Assembly (NCBI GenBank): GCA_964291405.2
Contig: OZ219926.1
Location: 3,296,001 to 3,360,000, forward strand
Source: Thermodesulfobacteriota bacterium
Lineage (GTDB): Bacteria; Desulfobacterota; Binatia; Bin18
Direction: 5' to 3'
Length of the DNA: 64,000 nucleotides
Below the pieces are notes generated by a model that was given only the letters and a program-made list of their open reading frames with translations, searched no databases and had not been told where the DNA came from. The translations under genes and the position numbers were made by a program. This document shows, in pieces, positions 37,573 to 46,575 of the stretch; position 1 is the stretch's first letter, and each line of letters begins with the position of its first letter.

Positions 37573-40059
37573 ATGACAGGAGCGACTATGCCGACGGTTT
37601 CACAAACTGCGTCTTTGCTTGCTCTCTTCTTGTGTGTCGCCACCTGTCTCTCGCCGTCCCTAGGTCGTACCGCGGTCGTGCCTCAGACAAGTGTTCAGGA
37701 GGATGGAATGGAAACACTGCGCCTCTCCGGTCTCCACGAGCCGGTCGAAATCCTGACCGACCGCTGGGGTATTGCCCACATCTATGCCAAGAACCAGCAT
37801 GACCTGTTTTTTGCCCAAGGCTATAACGCGGCCCGCGACCGCCTGTTTCAGCTTGAGATCTGGCGCCGGCGCGTCACCGGCACGATGGCCGAGATTCAAG
37901 GTCCCAAAGCCCTGAACCGCGACATCGGTACCCGGCTGCTGCGTTTTCGTGGCGATCTGGATCAGGAGTGTCAGTACTATCACCCGGATGGGAAAGAGAT
38001 CATCACCGCCTTTGTCCAGGGTATTAACGCCTATATTCAGCAGACCCGGGAACGGCCGGACCTGTTGCCCCTTGAGTTCGGTCTGCTGGGCATTACCCCC
38101 CAAGCCTGGACCCTGGACATCGTGCTGGCACGTATCGGTGGAATCTTTCTGAACCTGGAAACCGAGGTTCTGATCGCCCAGGCGCTGCAAACCATGCAGC
38201 CCGAAGCGATCCGGGCGATGCTCCACTTGCACCCCGGAACGCCCGACCTGACCGCAGCCGAAGGACTGGATGTGGCGACCATTCCCGGCGATGTCCTCAA
38301 GTATTATCAAGCCGCGCGCGAAGCGGTCGTCTTTGCGCCCGAAGACGTTGTTGATCCGCGGAATCGTGCCACAGAAACCGCTGACGCAGTGACTCAGTCC
38401 GCTACCCCGGCCTTTACCGGGAAGAGCGTGTCACAAGACGAGGGCAGTAATAATTGGGTGGTGAACGGCACCAAAACGCTCTCTCGGCAGCCGCTCATGG
38501 TCAACGACCCGCACCGTGCGATTACCGCGCCATCGCTGCGTTACTGGGTACATCTGGTCGCGCCCGGCTGGAACGTGATCGGCGGTGGCGAGCCCCACCT
38601 GCCCGGTGTTTCTATCGGACATAACGAGCAGGGGGCCTGGGGGCTGACGATTTTCCCGACCGACTCCGAAGACCTGTATGTATATAAGACCAACCCGGAC
38701 AACCCACATCAGTATTGGTACCGGGGGGAATGGGAGGATATGCGGGTTCTCCACGAGACGATCCCGGTGAAAGGCCAGGACGCCGCCGCAGTCGAACTGA
38801 AATACACCCGACACGGTCCTATCCTGGCCGAAGACCCGGAGCGGCACCTGGCTTTTGGGCTGCGGGCCGCCTGGCTCGATATCGGTGGGGTGCCGTATTT
38901 GGCCAGCCTGCGGATGGACCAGGCCAAAACCTGGCAAGAGTTCCGTGAGGCGTGCGCATATTCCCGCGCCCCGTCAGAGAACATGGTCTGGGCGGACAGA
39001 CAGGGTAATATCGGCTGGCAGGCGGTCGGTGTCGTGCCGCTCCGGCCCAACTGGAACGGTCTGGTACCCGTGCCGGGGGACGGACGCTTTGAGTGGGATG
39101 GCTATCTGCCGATTCGCGAGCTGCCGCACGTCCTGAATCCCTCGGAGGGGTTTATCGCAACGGCAAACCAGGAGAACCTCCCGCCCAGCTACCCCTATCC
39201 GATCAGCTATTACTGGCTGGAGCCCTACCGGTTTGCCCGGATTGAGGAAGTCCTGGCCGCAGGTAGAAACCTGACGGCCCGAGAGATGATGCAACTCCAA
39301 AGCGATGAATACTCGATTCCCGCGCGTTTGCTGGTGCCGTTTCTGCAGGCCTTGGACAAGGATTGGGCGGCAGAAGACCCGCTCGTCCAGGCTGCGCTCA
39401 ACACGCTGCACGCCTGGGACTTCGTGCTGGACAAGGACTCCGTTGCCGCCGGGATCTATGCGGCCTGGCAGCGCCAGTTGTGGGAGCAATTCCGGAACAC
39501 GCACGTCCCAGCCGCTCTCCAGGAATCATTTGCGAGTATTGTTGTCACCCCGCTCATCAACAGCCTCCTTGCTCCTGATGGCAGCTACGGTCCTGATCCA
39601 CTCGCCGGACGAGACCAATTCATACGTGAGAGTTTTAAGGCCGCCGTCCGCTCCCTCGTCACCCGCTTCGGCCCGGATATAAACAATTGGACCTATGGCC
39701 AAACCGCCTATCACCACATCGTCATCAAACACATGCTGAGTGACGCGGTGAACGCCGAACTCCGAGCCCAACTCGACGTTGGTCCCATTCCGCGTGGCGG
39801 GGATAGCTTTACGGTCAATAATACCGGCAGCGAGGACATGCAGACCGTGGGGGCTTCTTTTCGGCTGATTGCCGACCCCAGTAACTGGGACCGGTCATTA
39901 GGTATCAATACGCCTGGACAGGCAGGCGATCCAGCCCAGGCGCATTATCGCGATCTGTCTGGGCTGTGGGCCGAGGGGCAGTATTTCCCCGTTTTGTATT
40001 CTCGAGACAAGATTTTGACGGTAACGGAACACAAGACGCTACTCCAACCGGAGCCATAA
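37573..40059 (+). CDS. Penicillin acylase family (Ntn hydrolase), exported
   Basis: DRWGIAHIYA, AQGYNAARDRLFQLE, autoprocessing site G/SNNW, NDPH; signal peptide; start 37573 or 37588. Confidence 0.93.
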   Translation: MTGATMPTVSQTASLLALFLCVATCLSPSLGRTAVVPQTSVQEDGMETLRLSGLHEPVEILTDRWGIAHIYAKNQHDLFFAQGYNAARDRLFQLEIWRRRVTGTMAEIQGPKALNRDIGTRLLRFRGDLDQECQYYHPDGKEIITAFVQGINAYIQQTRERPDLLPLEFGLLGITPQAWTLDIVLARIGGIFLNLETEVLIAQALQTMQPEAIRAMLHLHPGTPDLTAAEGLDVATIPGDVLKYYQAAREAVVFAPEDVVDPRNRATETADAVTQSATPAFTGKSVSQDEGSNNWVVNGTKTLSRQPLMVNDPHRAITAPSLRYWVHLVAPGWNVIGGGEPHLPGVSIGHNEQGAWGLTIFPTDSEDLYVYKTNPDNPHQYWYRGEWEDMRVLHETIPVKGQDAAAVELKYTRHGPILAEDPERHLAFGLRAAWLDIGGVPYLASLRMDQAKTWQEFREACAYSRAPSENMVWADRQGNIGWQAVGVVPLRPNWNGLVPVPGDGRFEWDGYLPIRELPHVLNPSEGFIATANQENLPPSYPYPISYYWLEPYRFARIEEVLAAGRNLTAREMMQLQSDEYSIPARLLVPFLQALDKDWAAEDPLVQAALNTLHAWDFVLDKDSVAAGIYAAWQRQLWEQFRNTHVPAALQESFASIVVTPLINSLLAPDGSYGPDPLAGRDQFIRESFKAAVRSLVTRFGPDINNWTYGQTAYHHIVIKHMLSDAVNAELRAQLDVGPIPRGGDSFTVNNTGSEDMQTVGASFRLIADPSNWDRSLGINTPGQAGDPAQAHYRDLSGLWAEGQYFPVLYSRDKILTVTEHKTLLQPEP

Positions 40060-40158
40060 ATCGGGCGACGGTATTCTCACCCGTCAACACAATGCCGTGC
40101 CGGCTTGTCGGGTTTATGTGTTCCTTGGTATGTTTGGCCCGTATTCAGGAGGGACACG

Positions 40159-41427
40159 ATGTCAGCACTAGATTCTCAAGCAGCATCTCCACGTAACGAA
40201 TGGCGCAAGCAGACCCCGGGTCATGCCGACTGGGCGCGGACCGCGCATGCTGGTGACCCGCATAAATACTATATGGTTTCGGTCGATACGCACGGGATCG
40301 AACCGAACGATTATCTGGAAAAGCGCATTGAGAAAAAATATCTCCATCGCATTCCGCGTATGAAGATTGACGAGGACGGCGCGCAGTGGACGATCTGCGA
40401 GGGCATGAAGCCCGTGCTGGTCAAACCGGGCCGCAATTATGAAAAACACCTCCCGGCGCTGGAGTCGTTTGAAGATATCGACATGTTTCAGCCCTACTCA
40501 AAACGCTTTGAGGCCGAAGATGTGCGCCGTAACCATGCCGGCATCGATATCACACAGCGTCTGGCCGACGCGGATGCGGATGGCATTGATGCCGAGATTA
40601 TTTTCCCGAATAAAGGCCTGCTGGCCTTTGGCACGCCTGACCCGGTTTTCCAGGGGGCGATGTTCCGCGCCTGGAACCGCTGGGCGCTTGAGACTTTTGG
40701 CGATCACTGGGCTCGTTTCATGCCCATGGCCATGATTGCAACCGGCGATCTTGAAGGAGCCATGGCCGAAGTGCGGTGGGCTACGGAGCATGGCTTCAAG
40801 GGACTCACCATGCCGAATAAGCCCATCTTTGGTCCGCTCAAAGAGGGCGAACTGCAATACAACGACAAATCGTTTGAGCCCCTCTGGTCGCTGATCGAAG
40901 AAGTGGACCTGCCCATGACCTTCCACGTCTCGACCGGACGCGACCCGCGCGCGGTCGGGGGCAATGGCGGGGCGCTGATTAACTATGTTTCGCACTCGAT
41001 GTCGACCGTCATGGACCCGCTCGTGCACCTGATCTCCTCAGGCGTGTTTGAGCGCCATCCTACCCTTAAAGCCGGCTCTATTGAAGGCGGCATCGGCTGG
41101 GTGCCCTGGATGGTCGAGACCCTCGACTACGCCCATCAAGTCCACCATATGTGGGTGCGTCCGGTCCTGCCCGAACCGCCCAGCTTTTATTATCGGCGTA
41201 ACTGTTTCTCGGCCTTCATGAATGACCGCTCCACACTGCTCCTGGCCGAAGAGTTGAACCTGGTCGAAAATTTCATGTGGTCGAATGACTATCCACACCA
41301 CGAAGGTAGTTGGCCGTACTCGGCCGCCAGCATTGAGCGCCAGATGGATACCTTGTCGGAAGCAAGCCGCGAGAAGATTCTCGGTCTGAACGCTGCCCGT
41401 GTCTTCAAACTGGAAGTGCCAGAGTAA
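40159..41427 (+). CDS. Amidohydrolase_2 family protein
   Basis: SVDTHGIEP, DGIDAEIIFP, FHVSTG, EGGIGWVP, MWSNDYPHHEG. Confidence 0.88.
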   Translation: MSALDSQAASPRNEWRKQTPGHADWARTAHAGDPHKYYMVSVDTHGIEPNDYLEKRIEKKYLHRIPRMKIDEDGAQWTICEGMKPVLVKPGRNYEKHLPALESFEDIDMFQPYSKRFEAEDVRRNHAGIDITQRLADADADGIDAEIIFPNKGLLAFGTPDPVFQGAMFRAWNRWALETFGDHWARFMPMAMIATGDLEGAMAEVRWATEHGFKGLTMPNKPIFGPLKEGELQYNDKSFEPLWSLIEEVDLPMTFHVSTGRDPRAVGGNGGALINYVSHSMSTVMDPLVHLISSGVFERHPTLKAGSIEGGIGWVPWMVETLDYAHQVHHMWVRPVLPEPPSFYYRRNCFSAFMNDRSTLLLAEELNLVENFMWSNDYPHHEGSWPYSAASIERQMDTLSEASREKILGLNAARVFKLEVPE

Positions 41428-41467
41428 GACTGTACCACTCGAGTTGCGGTACAAGAATTGGGCTAGG

Positions 41468-42352
41468 TTACGGGACCAAAAGCTCGGCCAGTAATTGAAA
41501 CTCGTGTGCCCGGGGTGAGGTGGTCCGCCAGACGAGGCCGATGGTCCGGCTTGGTTCGGGTTTCCGAAAGGGCAGAATAACAATATGTGAAAGCTGAGGT
41601 GTCTCCACCTCTAACGAGAGCCGAGGCAGGAGGGTAATCCCGATTCCGCCCGCAACCATTTGGACCAGGGTATTCAGGCTGCTGGCGCGAAAGTCTCCAA
41701 CCTCGCTGGCGCCACTGGTGTGACACACGGCCAGTGCCTGGTCCCGCAAACAATGTCCATCGTTTAATAACAGTACCTGTTCACCGGCGATATCGGCCTC
41801 TGTCACACGTTTCCGCTTGGCGAGTCTGTGTCGTGTCGGAACCGCAAGCACAAAAGGGTCGGTTGTCAGCGCCAGGGTCGATACGTTGCCGAGGTCGGCT
41901 TCGAGCGCCACCAAGAGAAGGTCGAGCTTGCCGTGTGACAGCAGCTCCAGCAACCGGTGGGTCAGGTCTTCGTGCAGCCGAACCTGGAGTTGCGGGTAGC
42001 GCTGGTGCAGGGTCGGTAGCATTTTTGGCAGAAGGTAAGGAGCCACGGTTGGGATCACTCCGAGCCGCAGGATTCCAGAAAGGGGCCGGGTCAGGCTGCG
42101 GGCCAAGTCAACGAATTCGTCGCTTGCCGTGAGAATGCCGCGCGCGAGCGGTAATAAGGTCTCTCCGGCCGGGGTGAGAAGCACCGTGCGCTGGCTGCGT
42201 TCGAACAACTGCACGCCCAACAGTCGTTCGAGATCCTTGAGCTGGGCGCTCAGGCCGGGCTGGGTGACAAAACAATCGTCGGCCGCCTCTCGGAAGCTTA
42301 GCCGTTCGGCTAAGGCCGCAAAATATTCCAGTTGCCGAAGGGACATACTCAT
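41468..42352 (-). CDS. oxyR: Hydrogen peroxide-sensing LysR regulator OxyR
   Basis: LysR HTH (CFVTQPGLSAQ), GVIPTVAPYLLP, redox Cys pair GHCLRDQALAVC, RASSLNTLVQMV. Confidence 0.92.
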   Translation of the reverse strand: MSMSLRQLEYFAALAERLSFREAADDCFVTQPGLSAQLKDLERLLGVQLFERSQRTVLLTPAGETLLPLARGILTASDEFVDLARSLTRPLSGILRLGVIPTVAPYLLPKMLPTLHQRYPQLQVRLHEDLTHRLLELLSHGKLDLLLVALEADLGNVSTLALTTDPFVLAVPTRHRLAKRKRVTEADIAGEQVLLLNDGHCLRDQALAVCHTSGASEVGDFRASSLNTLVQMVAGGIGITLLPRLSLEVETPQLSHIVILPFRKPEPSRTIGLVWRTTSPRAHEFQLLAELLVP

Positions 42353-42387
42353 AGACAAAATTTATCATATAAGTGAAAATTATCAAT
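42351..42387. promoter_or_regulatory. Putative OxyR binding site / divergent promoter
   Basis: AT-rich ATAG-N7-TTAT-N7-GTGA-N7-CAAT resembles ATAG-N7-CTAT-N7-ATAG-N7-CTAT and overlaps the oxyR start. Confidence 0.6.
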
Positions 42388-42407
42388 TTTATTATTAAGT
42401 TTTATAG

Positions 42408-42512
42408 GACATTATCGACAAGCAGCTTACGCATTTCGACAAGGCTGATCCTGCCTACGGGAACGGGATACGGAAAGCGCTTGAAGTCGATTGTCACAAG
42501 GTCGCCGCATAG
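42408..42512 (+). pseudogene. C-terminal remnant of a monofunctional (KatA-type) catalase
   Basis: Translates DIIDKQLTHFDKADPAYGNGIRKALEVDCHKVAA*, resembling the catalase C-terminal HF.KADP.YG..V..AL motif; no start codon; divergent from oxyR. Confidence 0.75.
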
Positions 42513-42523
42513 CGTTCGTCTGG

Positions 42524-42551
42524 TGTCCTCGCTCCGTAAAGAGCGAGGACA
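42524..42551 (+). terminator. Perfect 11-bp hairpin after the catalase remnant
   Basis: TGTCCTCGCTC-CGTAAA-GAGCGAGGACA; no clear U-tract. Confidence 0.5.
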
Positions 42552-42703
42552 GCCAGCGTTAAGGGCGCGGGAAACTCTTCTGCCCTGTCTGGTGTCCAAG
42601 TCAGGTTCACGTCAAATAGGGACAGGGCATGCATGACCGAGACGGATGATATAAGAATGGCCTTCGTCACTGTTCCGTGTGCGGGAAAGAGGAGGGCCAT
42701 ACT

Positions 42704-43723
42704 ATGGATCGAAAATACTGGTCGTTTGTGATTCCGGCGCTTGAACCGGATTTTGCCACTGCCGTCAAAAAGCTGGAAGACCGCGGCCTTGCCGGGGTGA
42801 CCGTTCCCCAGGTGTATGGCTCGCCGTTTGCACCGCTGGCGGCCGCGGCGGTCTCGACAACGCGGCTCGAACTCGCCACCGGCATCGCTATCGGCCTGAC
42901 GCGCAGCCCGTTTGAGACCGCAGTAACCTCGCTTGACCTCGACCACCTGTCCAAAGGCCGCTTCATTCTGGGTCTGGGCACCGGCCCTAAACACTGGACC
43001 AACGGTTATTTCGGAATGCCGTACGATAAGCCGGTGTCGCGGCTGCGCGAGGTTGTACAGATTCTGCGGCACGTTGAGGACGGCGCTCGCTCCGGGGAGA
43101 TGCAGCCCTGGGAGGGACAGTTCTATCAACTCAAGTTTGATGCCTATCAACCCACACTCCCGCCGTATCGCGACCGTATTCCCGTCTGGATTGCGGCCCT
43201 GCGCCAGCGCATGTGCGAATTGACGGGCGAAGTGGCTGACGGCTTGATCGGGCATCCGGTCTGGTCGGTCGAATGGGCCCTGGGCCAGGCTCAGGAGTCC
43301 GTGGCCGTCGGCGCGGCGCGCACCGGACGCGATCCCGCTGCGGTTCATTTTCAGCCCTGGGTGACAGTTTCTATTGATGAGGACGAAAAGGTGGCCCTAC
43401 AGGATGCCAAGCCCTGGCTGGCCTTCTACTCGGGCTTCAGCCAGTACTCCCCCTATTTCGAGGCGCACGGCTTCGGAGCCGAGGCACGTAAAATCAGTGA
43501 AGCCTCCAAGACAATGAACTGCGTGCAGGCCGCGCAATACGTGCCGGACGAAATGGTCCGGGCCTTTGGGGCGCACGGCACACCAGACCAGGTCCGGGAG
43601 CGGATTGAGCCCTTGTGGCAACGGGCCAACTCCATGTGTATCGTTCCGCCCAACTGGGGAATGACACCCGAAAAACTGGCGAAAAAGATCCGGATGATTG
43701 CCGATACCTTCTGGCCTCGGTAG
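42704..43723 (+). CDS. LLM-class flavin-dependent oxidoreductase
   Basis: LELATGIAIGLTRSP, DHLSKGRFILGLGTG, PVWIAAL...GEVADG. Confidence 0.9.
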   Translation: MDRKYWSFVIPALEPDFATAVKKLEDRGLAGVTVPQVYGSPFAPLAAAAVSTTRLELATGIAIGLTRSPFETAVTSLDLDHLSKGRFILGLGTGPKHWTNGYFGMPYDKPVSRLREVVQILRHVEDGARSGEMQPWEGQFYQLKFDAYQPTLPPYRDRIPVWIAALRQRMCELTGEVADGLIGHPVWSVEWALGQAQESVAVGAARTGRDPAAVHFQPWVTVSIDEDEKVALQDAKPWLAFYSGFSQYSPYFEAHGFGAEARKISEASKTMNCVQAAQYVPDEMVRAFGAHGTPDQVRERIEPLWQRANSMCIVPPNWGMTPEKLAKKIRMIADTFWPR

Positions 43724-43756
43724 GAAGGCGTACCGGTCGCTCTCAGGAGGAAGCCC

Positions 43757-44554
43757 ATGGATTTTCGTTATCTGCTGATTGAACACGACCACGGCATCTG
43801 CCGTATTACTCTGAATCGCCCCGAACGCCTGAACGCGATTAACATCCGAGTCGGCCTGGAACTGCTCCAGGCGTTTGAGGCGTGCGATTATGATGACTCG
43901 GTCCGGGCCGTTATCCTGACCGGGGCGGGGCGGGCCTTCTGTGCTGGTGACGATCTCAAGGGCATGGCCGAACCCGACCAACCGGAACGGAGATTCGCAG
44001 ATACGGTCAAGCACTACGTCCAGGGCGAAGGCCGCTGGCCTCTGGTGGTGGCCAAGATGCGTGCCCTGTCCAAGCCGGTCATCGGCATGATTAACGGGCA
44101 CGCGCACGGGGCCGGCTTTAACCTTGCTCTGGGCTGTGACCTGCGCGTCATGGCCGATTCAGCAACTTTGTGTATTCCGTTCGTGAAGCGCGGTATCGCG
44201 ACCGGCACCAGTCTGCTGCAACAGTTCGTGGGTATCGGCAAAGCCCTGGAGTGGGCGCTGCTCGGCACCCAGCTTTCGGCCCAGGAAGCGGAACGCTGGG
44301 GGCTAGCCAACCGTGTGGTGTCACTGGAAAAACTGGAAGAAGCCACCCTGGAACTCGCGAGCGAATTAGCCCAGGGACCGACGCAAACCTACGGCTTTAC
44401 CAAGTCGGCTGTTATTCACGGCTGGGATGCCCCACCCGAACGGGCGTATGAGTATCAGGGTCAGGCCTATCTGTTGTCACACCAAACAGAAGACTTTCAG
44501 GAAGGTCGTCAGGCCTTTCTCGAAAAACGTCCTCCGCGTTTTCAGGGACGGTAA
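43757..44554 (+). CDS. Enoyl-CoA hydratase/isomerase
   Basis: TLNRPERLNAI, AFCAGDDLK, GAGFNLALGCD, AFLEKRPPRF. Confidence 0.92.
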   Translation: MDFRYLLIEHDHGICRITLNRPERLNAINIRVGLELLQAFEACDYDDSVRAVILTGAGRAFCAGDDLKGMAEPDQPERRFADTVKHYVQGEGRWPLVVAKMRALSKPVIGMINGHAHGAGFNLALGCDLRVMADSATLCIPFVKRGIATGTSLLQQFVGIGKALEWALLGTQLSAQEAERWGLANRVVSLEKLEEATLELASELAQGPTQTYGFTKSAVIHGWDAPPERAYEYQGQAYLLSHQTEDFQEGRQAFLEKRPPRFQGR

Positions 44555-44589
44555 ACAAGCGGCCCGTATGAGGCTTATACACGCCGAGA

Positions 44590-44694
44590 CCATGAACCCA
44601 CCCCGGCGCTACGCGCCACCCCTCCAAGGAGGGGATAGAGGGACTCCATGACTCAAAGGACCCCACCGGCCTCATCGACTCAACAGACCCAAAT
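44590..44694 (-). repeat. Left arm of a ~100-bp inverted repeat: family A copy 3 (44596-44635) plus 9-mer tandem units
   Basis: ACCCACCCCG-GCGCTACGCGC-CA-CCCCTCCAAGGAGGGGA, then GACTCAAAG GACCCCACC GGCCTCATC GACTCAACA GACCCAAAT. Confidence 0.85.
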
Positions 44695-44718
44695 TCAGCC
44701 TCACGCCAGGAGCGTTAC

Positions 44719-45699
44719 ATGACGAAACAACACACCATCGTTTTTCTCCACTCCCACGGGTTAGTCCCGCCCGAAGTTATTCACATGGTCAATGAGCAAC
44801 TGCCGGCGGGTTTTCGCATGGATTTTTTGGAGCAAAGCTCTCCAGCCGATACGCGATTGGAAAAAATAGCACACGCAGACTTCATTCTGGCCTATCCGGG
44901 CAATCCCACCGCGGACGAACTGAATGCGGCAAAACAGCTCAAGCTGTTTCAGATGTTGAGTGCGGGCTATGAATGGATCGACCTGGGGCTCTTCCAAAAA
45001 CTCGGAGTGCCGGTTGCCAATAACGGCGGAGCTAACGCGCCAACCGTGGCCGAGCATGCCATCCTCTTAATCTTGGCGGTCTTCAAAAAACTTCCCCTCC
45101 ACCACAACACTCTGCACGAAGGGCAGTGGCTTGGGGCACGAGAAACGCTTCAGATGCGCGAGTTGCGCAACAAGACCGTGGGCATTATTGGCTTCGGCCG
45201 TATCGGCCGGGAGTTTGCGCGGATTGCAAAAGGGTTTCAGGCGAACATTCTCTATTACGACACGATCCGGGCACCAACTGCTATTGAGCAAGAGGTCGGT
45301 GCTGAGCGGCTGGCGCTGGACGATCTTCTGCAACGAGCGGACGTCGTTTCTGTTCATACGCCGCTGACTGCCGAGACCAAAGGACTCATCAACACTCGGA
45401 CGCTCAGCCTGATGAAACCCTCCGCCATTCTGGTCAACACGTCGCGCGGACCGGTAATAGACGAACCCGCACTCATAGAAGCGCTACAAAACAATCGCAT
45501 CGCCGGGGCCGGACTGGATGTTTTTACTGCCGAGCCCCTGGAAACCGATAGCCCGCTGTTAGCGCTGGACAATGTAGTGCTGACCTCACATATTGCCGGA
45601 GTCACGCTGGATACCTGGAGCCGCCGGATTACGTTCGGTTTTGCCAATATCGAACGGGTTGCTGCAGGGCAGTCGCCGGAGTCGGTGATTACGGGGTAG
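44719..45699 (+). CDS. D-isomer-specific 2-hydroxyacid dehydrogenase
   Basis: VAEHA, GIIGFGRIG, VNTSRGPVIDE, AGLDVF..EP, SHIAG. Confidence 0.93.
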   Translation: MTKQHTIVFLHSHGLVPPEVIHMVNEQLPAGFRMDFLEQSSPADTRLEKIAHADFILAYPGNPTADELNAAKQLKLFQMLSAGYEWIDLGLFQKLGVPVANNGGANAPTVAEHAILLILAVFKKLPLHHNTLHEGQWLGARETLQMRELRNKTVGIIGFGRIGREFARIAKGFQANILYYDTIRAPTAIEQEVGAERLALDDLLQRADVVSVHTPLTAETKGLINTRTLSLMKPSAILVNTSRGPVIDEPALIEALQNNRIAGAGLDVFTAEPLETDSPLLALDNVVLTSHIAGVTLDTWSRRITFGFANIERVAAGQSPESVITG

Positions 45700-45702
45700 G
45701 GG

Positions 45703-45818
45703 AGTCGTTGAGTCTGTTGGGTCGATTGAGTCGATTGGGTCGGGTGGGTCGGATGAGTCACGCAGTCTCCCTATCCCCTCCTTGGAGGGGTGGCCCGTAG
45801 GGCCGGGGTGGGTCATGG
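45703..45818 (+). repeat. Right arm of the inverted repeat: 9-mer tandem units plus family A copy 4 (45774-45813)
   Basis: AGTCTGTTG GGTCGATTG AGTCGATTG GGTCGGGTG GGTCGGATG, then TCCCCTCCTTGGAGGGG-TG-GCCCGTAGGGC-CGGGGTGGGT. Confidence 0.85.
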
Positions 45819-45826
45819 GATAGGGC

Positions 45827-46522
45827 GTGACAATGTCGTGGTTGTGTCACATATTCGCCATTCGCTTTATCGCTGTCCTCCTCTCAAGCTTCGGACTCAC
45901 CGCATCTACCCTCGTGACTTCTGCGCTCGCAGTCGACCTTGAACAACACGTCCACAGGCTGATCAACGAGCACCGGGTTTCGCAGGGGCTAAAGCCTTTA
46001 GCCTTCAATCCGGAAATTTCTGTCGTTGCTCGCCGTCATAGTCGGGATATGGCGACCGGGCGGGTTGGGTTTGGTCATGGAGGAATTGAAAGGCGCCGAC
46101 AAGAGATAGCCGGATTCATTGCGCGTGCTGGGGTCGGTGAGAATGTCGCCATGGTTCCAGCAGGATCATCCCATGTCGGAGCTGTCGCTGTCTCCAATTG
46201 GTTGGAGAGTCCCGGCCACCGGCGCAATATTGAAGGTTCCTATGATCTCACTGGGGTTGGAATTGCCCAGGGACCAGCCGGTGAGTACTACTTTACTCAA
46301 CTCTTTGTGAGGACGCCGTTCCACCGTCCGGGAACCCCTAGAGGTGACACACCGTACCCTATGCCCGCACCGCGCGATACAAAGAGCGAGTCCCGAGTCG
46401 TCGAAACCCGGCAGCCATCTGATTATAAGCGTCCGCTAAGAAAACCACGCCGCGAAAAAGACCCACGCAAGCGCCCAGGGCGAAAAAGAACGGCCGATGG
46501 ATGGGTTCAGACGCTGGATTAA
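45827..46522 (+). CDS. CAP/SCP-domain secreted protein
   Basis: INEHR...GLKPL, ARRHSRDMA, GENVA, WLESPGHRRNI, YFTQLF; basic C-terminal tail. Confidence 0.88.
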   Translation: MTMSWLCHIFAIRFIAVLLSSFGLTASTLVTSALAVDLEQHVHRLINEHRVSQGLKPLAFNPEISVVARRHSRDMATGRVGFGHGGIERRRQEIAGFIARAGVGENVAMVPAGSSHVGAVAVSNWLESPGHRRNIEGSYDLTGVGIAQGPAGEYYFTQLFVRTPFHRPGTPRGDTPYPMPAPRDTKSESRVVETRQPSDYKRPLRKPRREKDPRKRPGRKRTADGWVQTLD

Positions 46523-46575
46523 ACCTTGTCAGCGAATCGAAGGTTTGCCCGGTCCACTGACTAATTGCATGACGC

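Noticed and set aside
44650-45759. 9-mer arrays or A/B repeats as a CRISPR array
   Set aside because: No regular repeat-spacer periodicity and no cas genes
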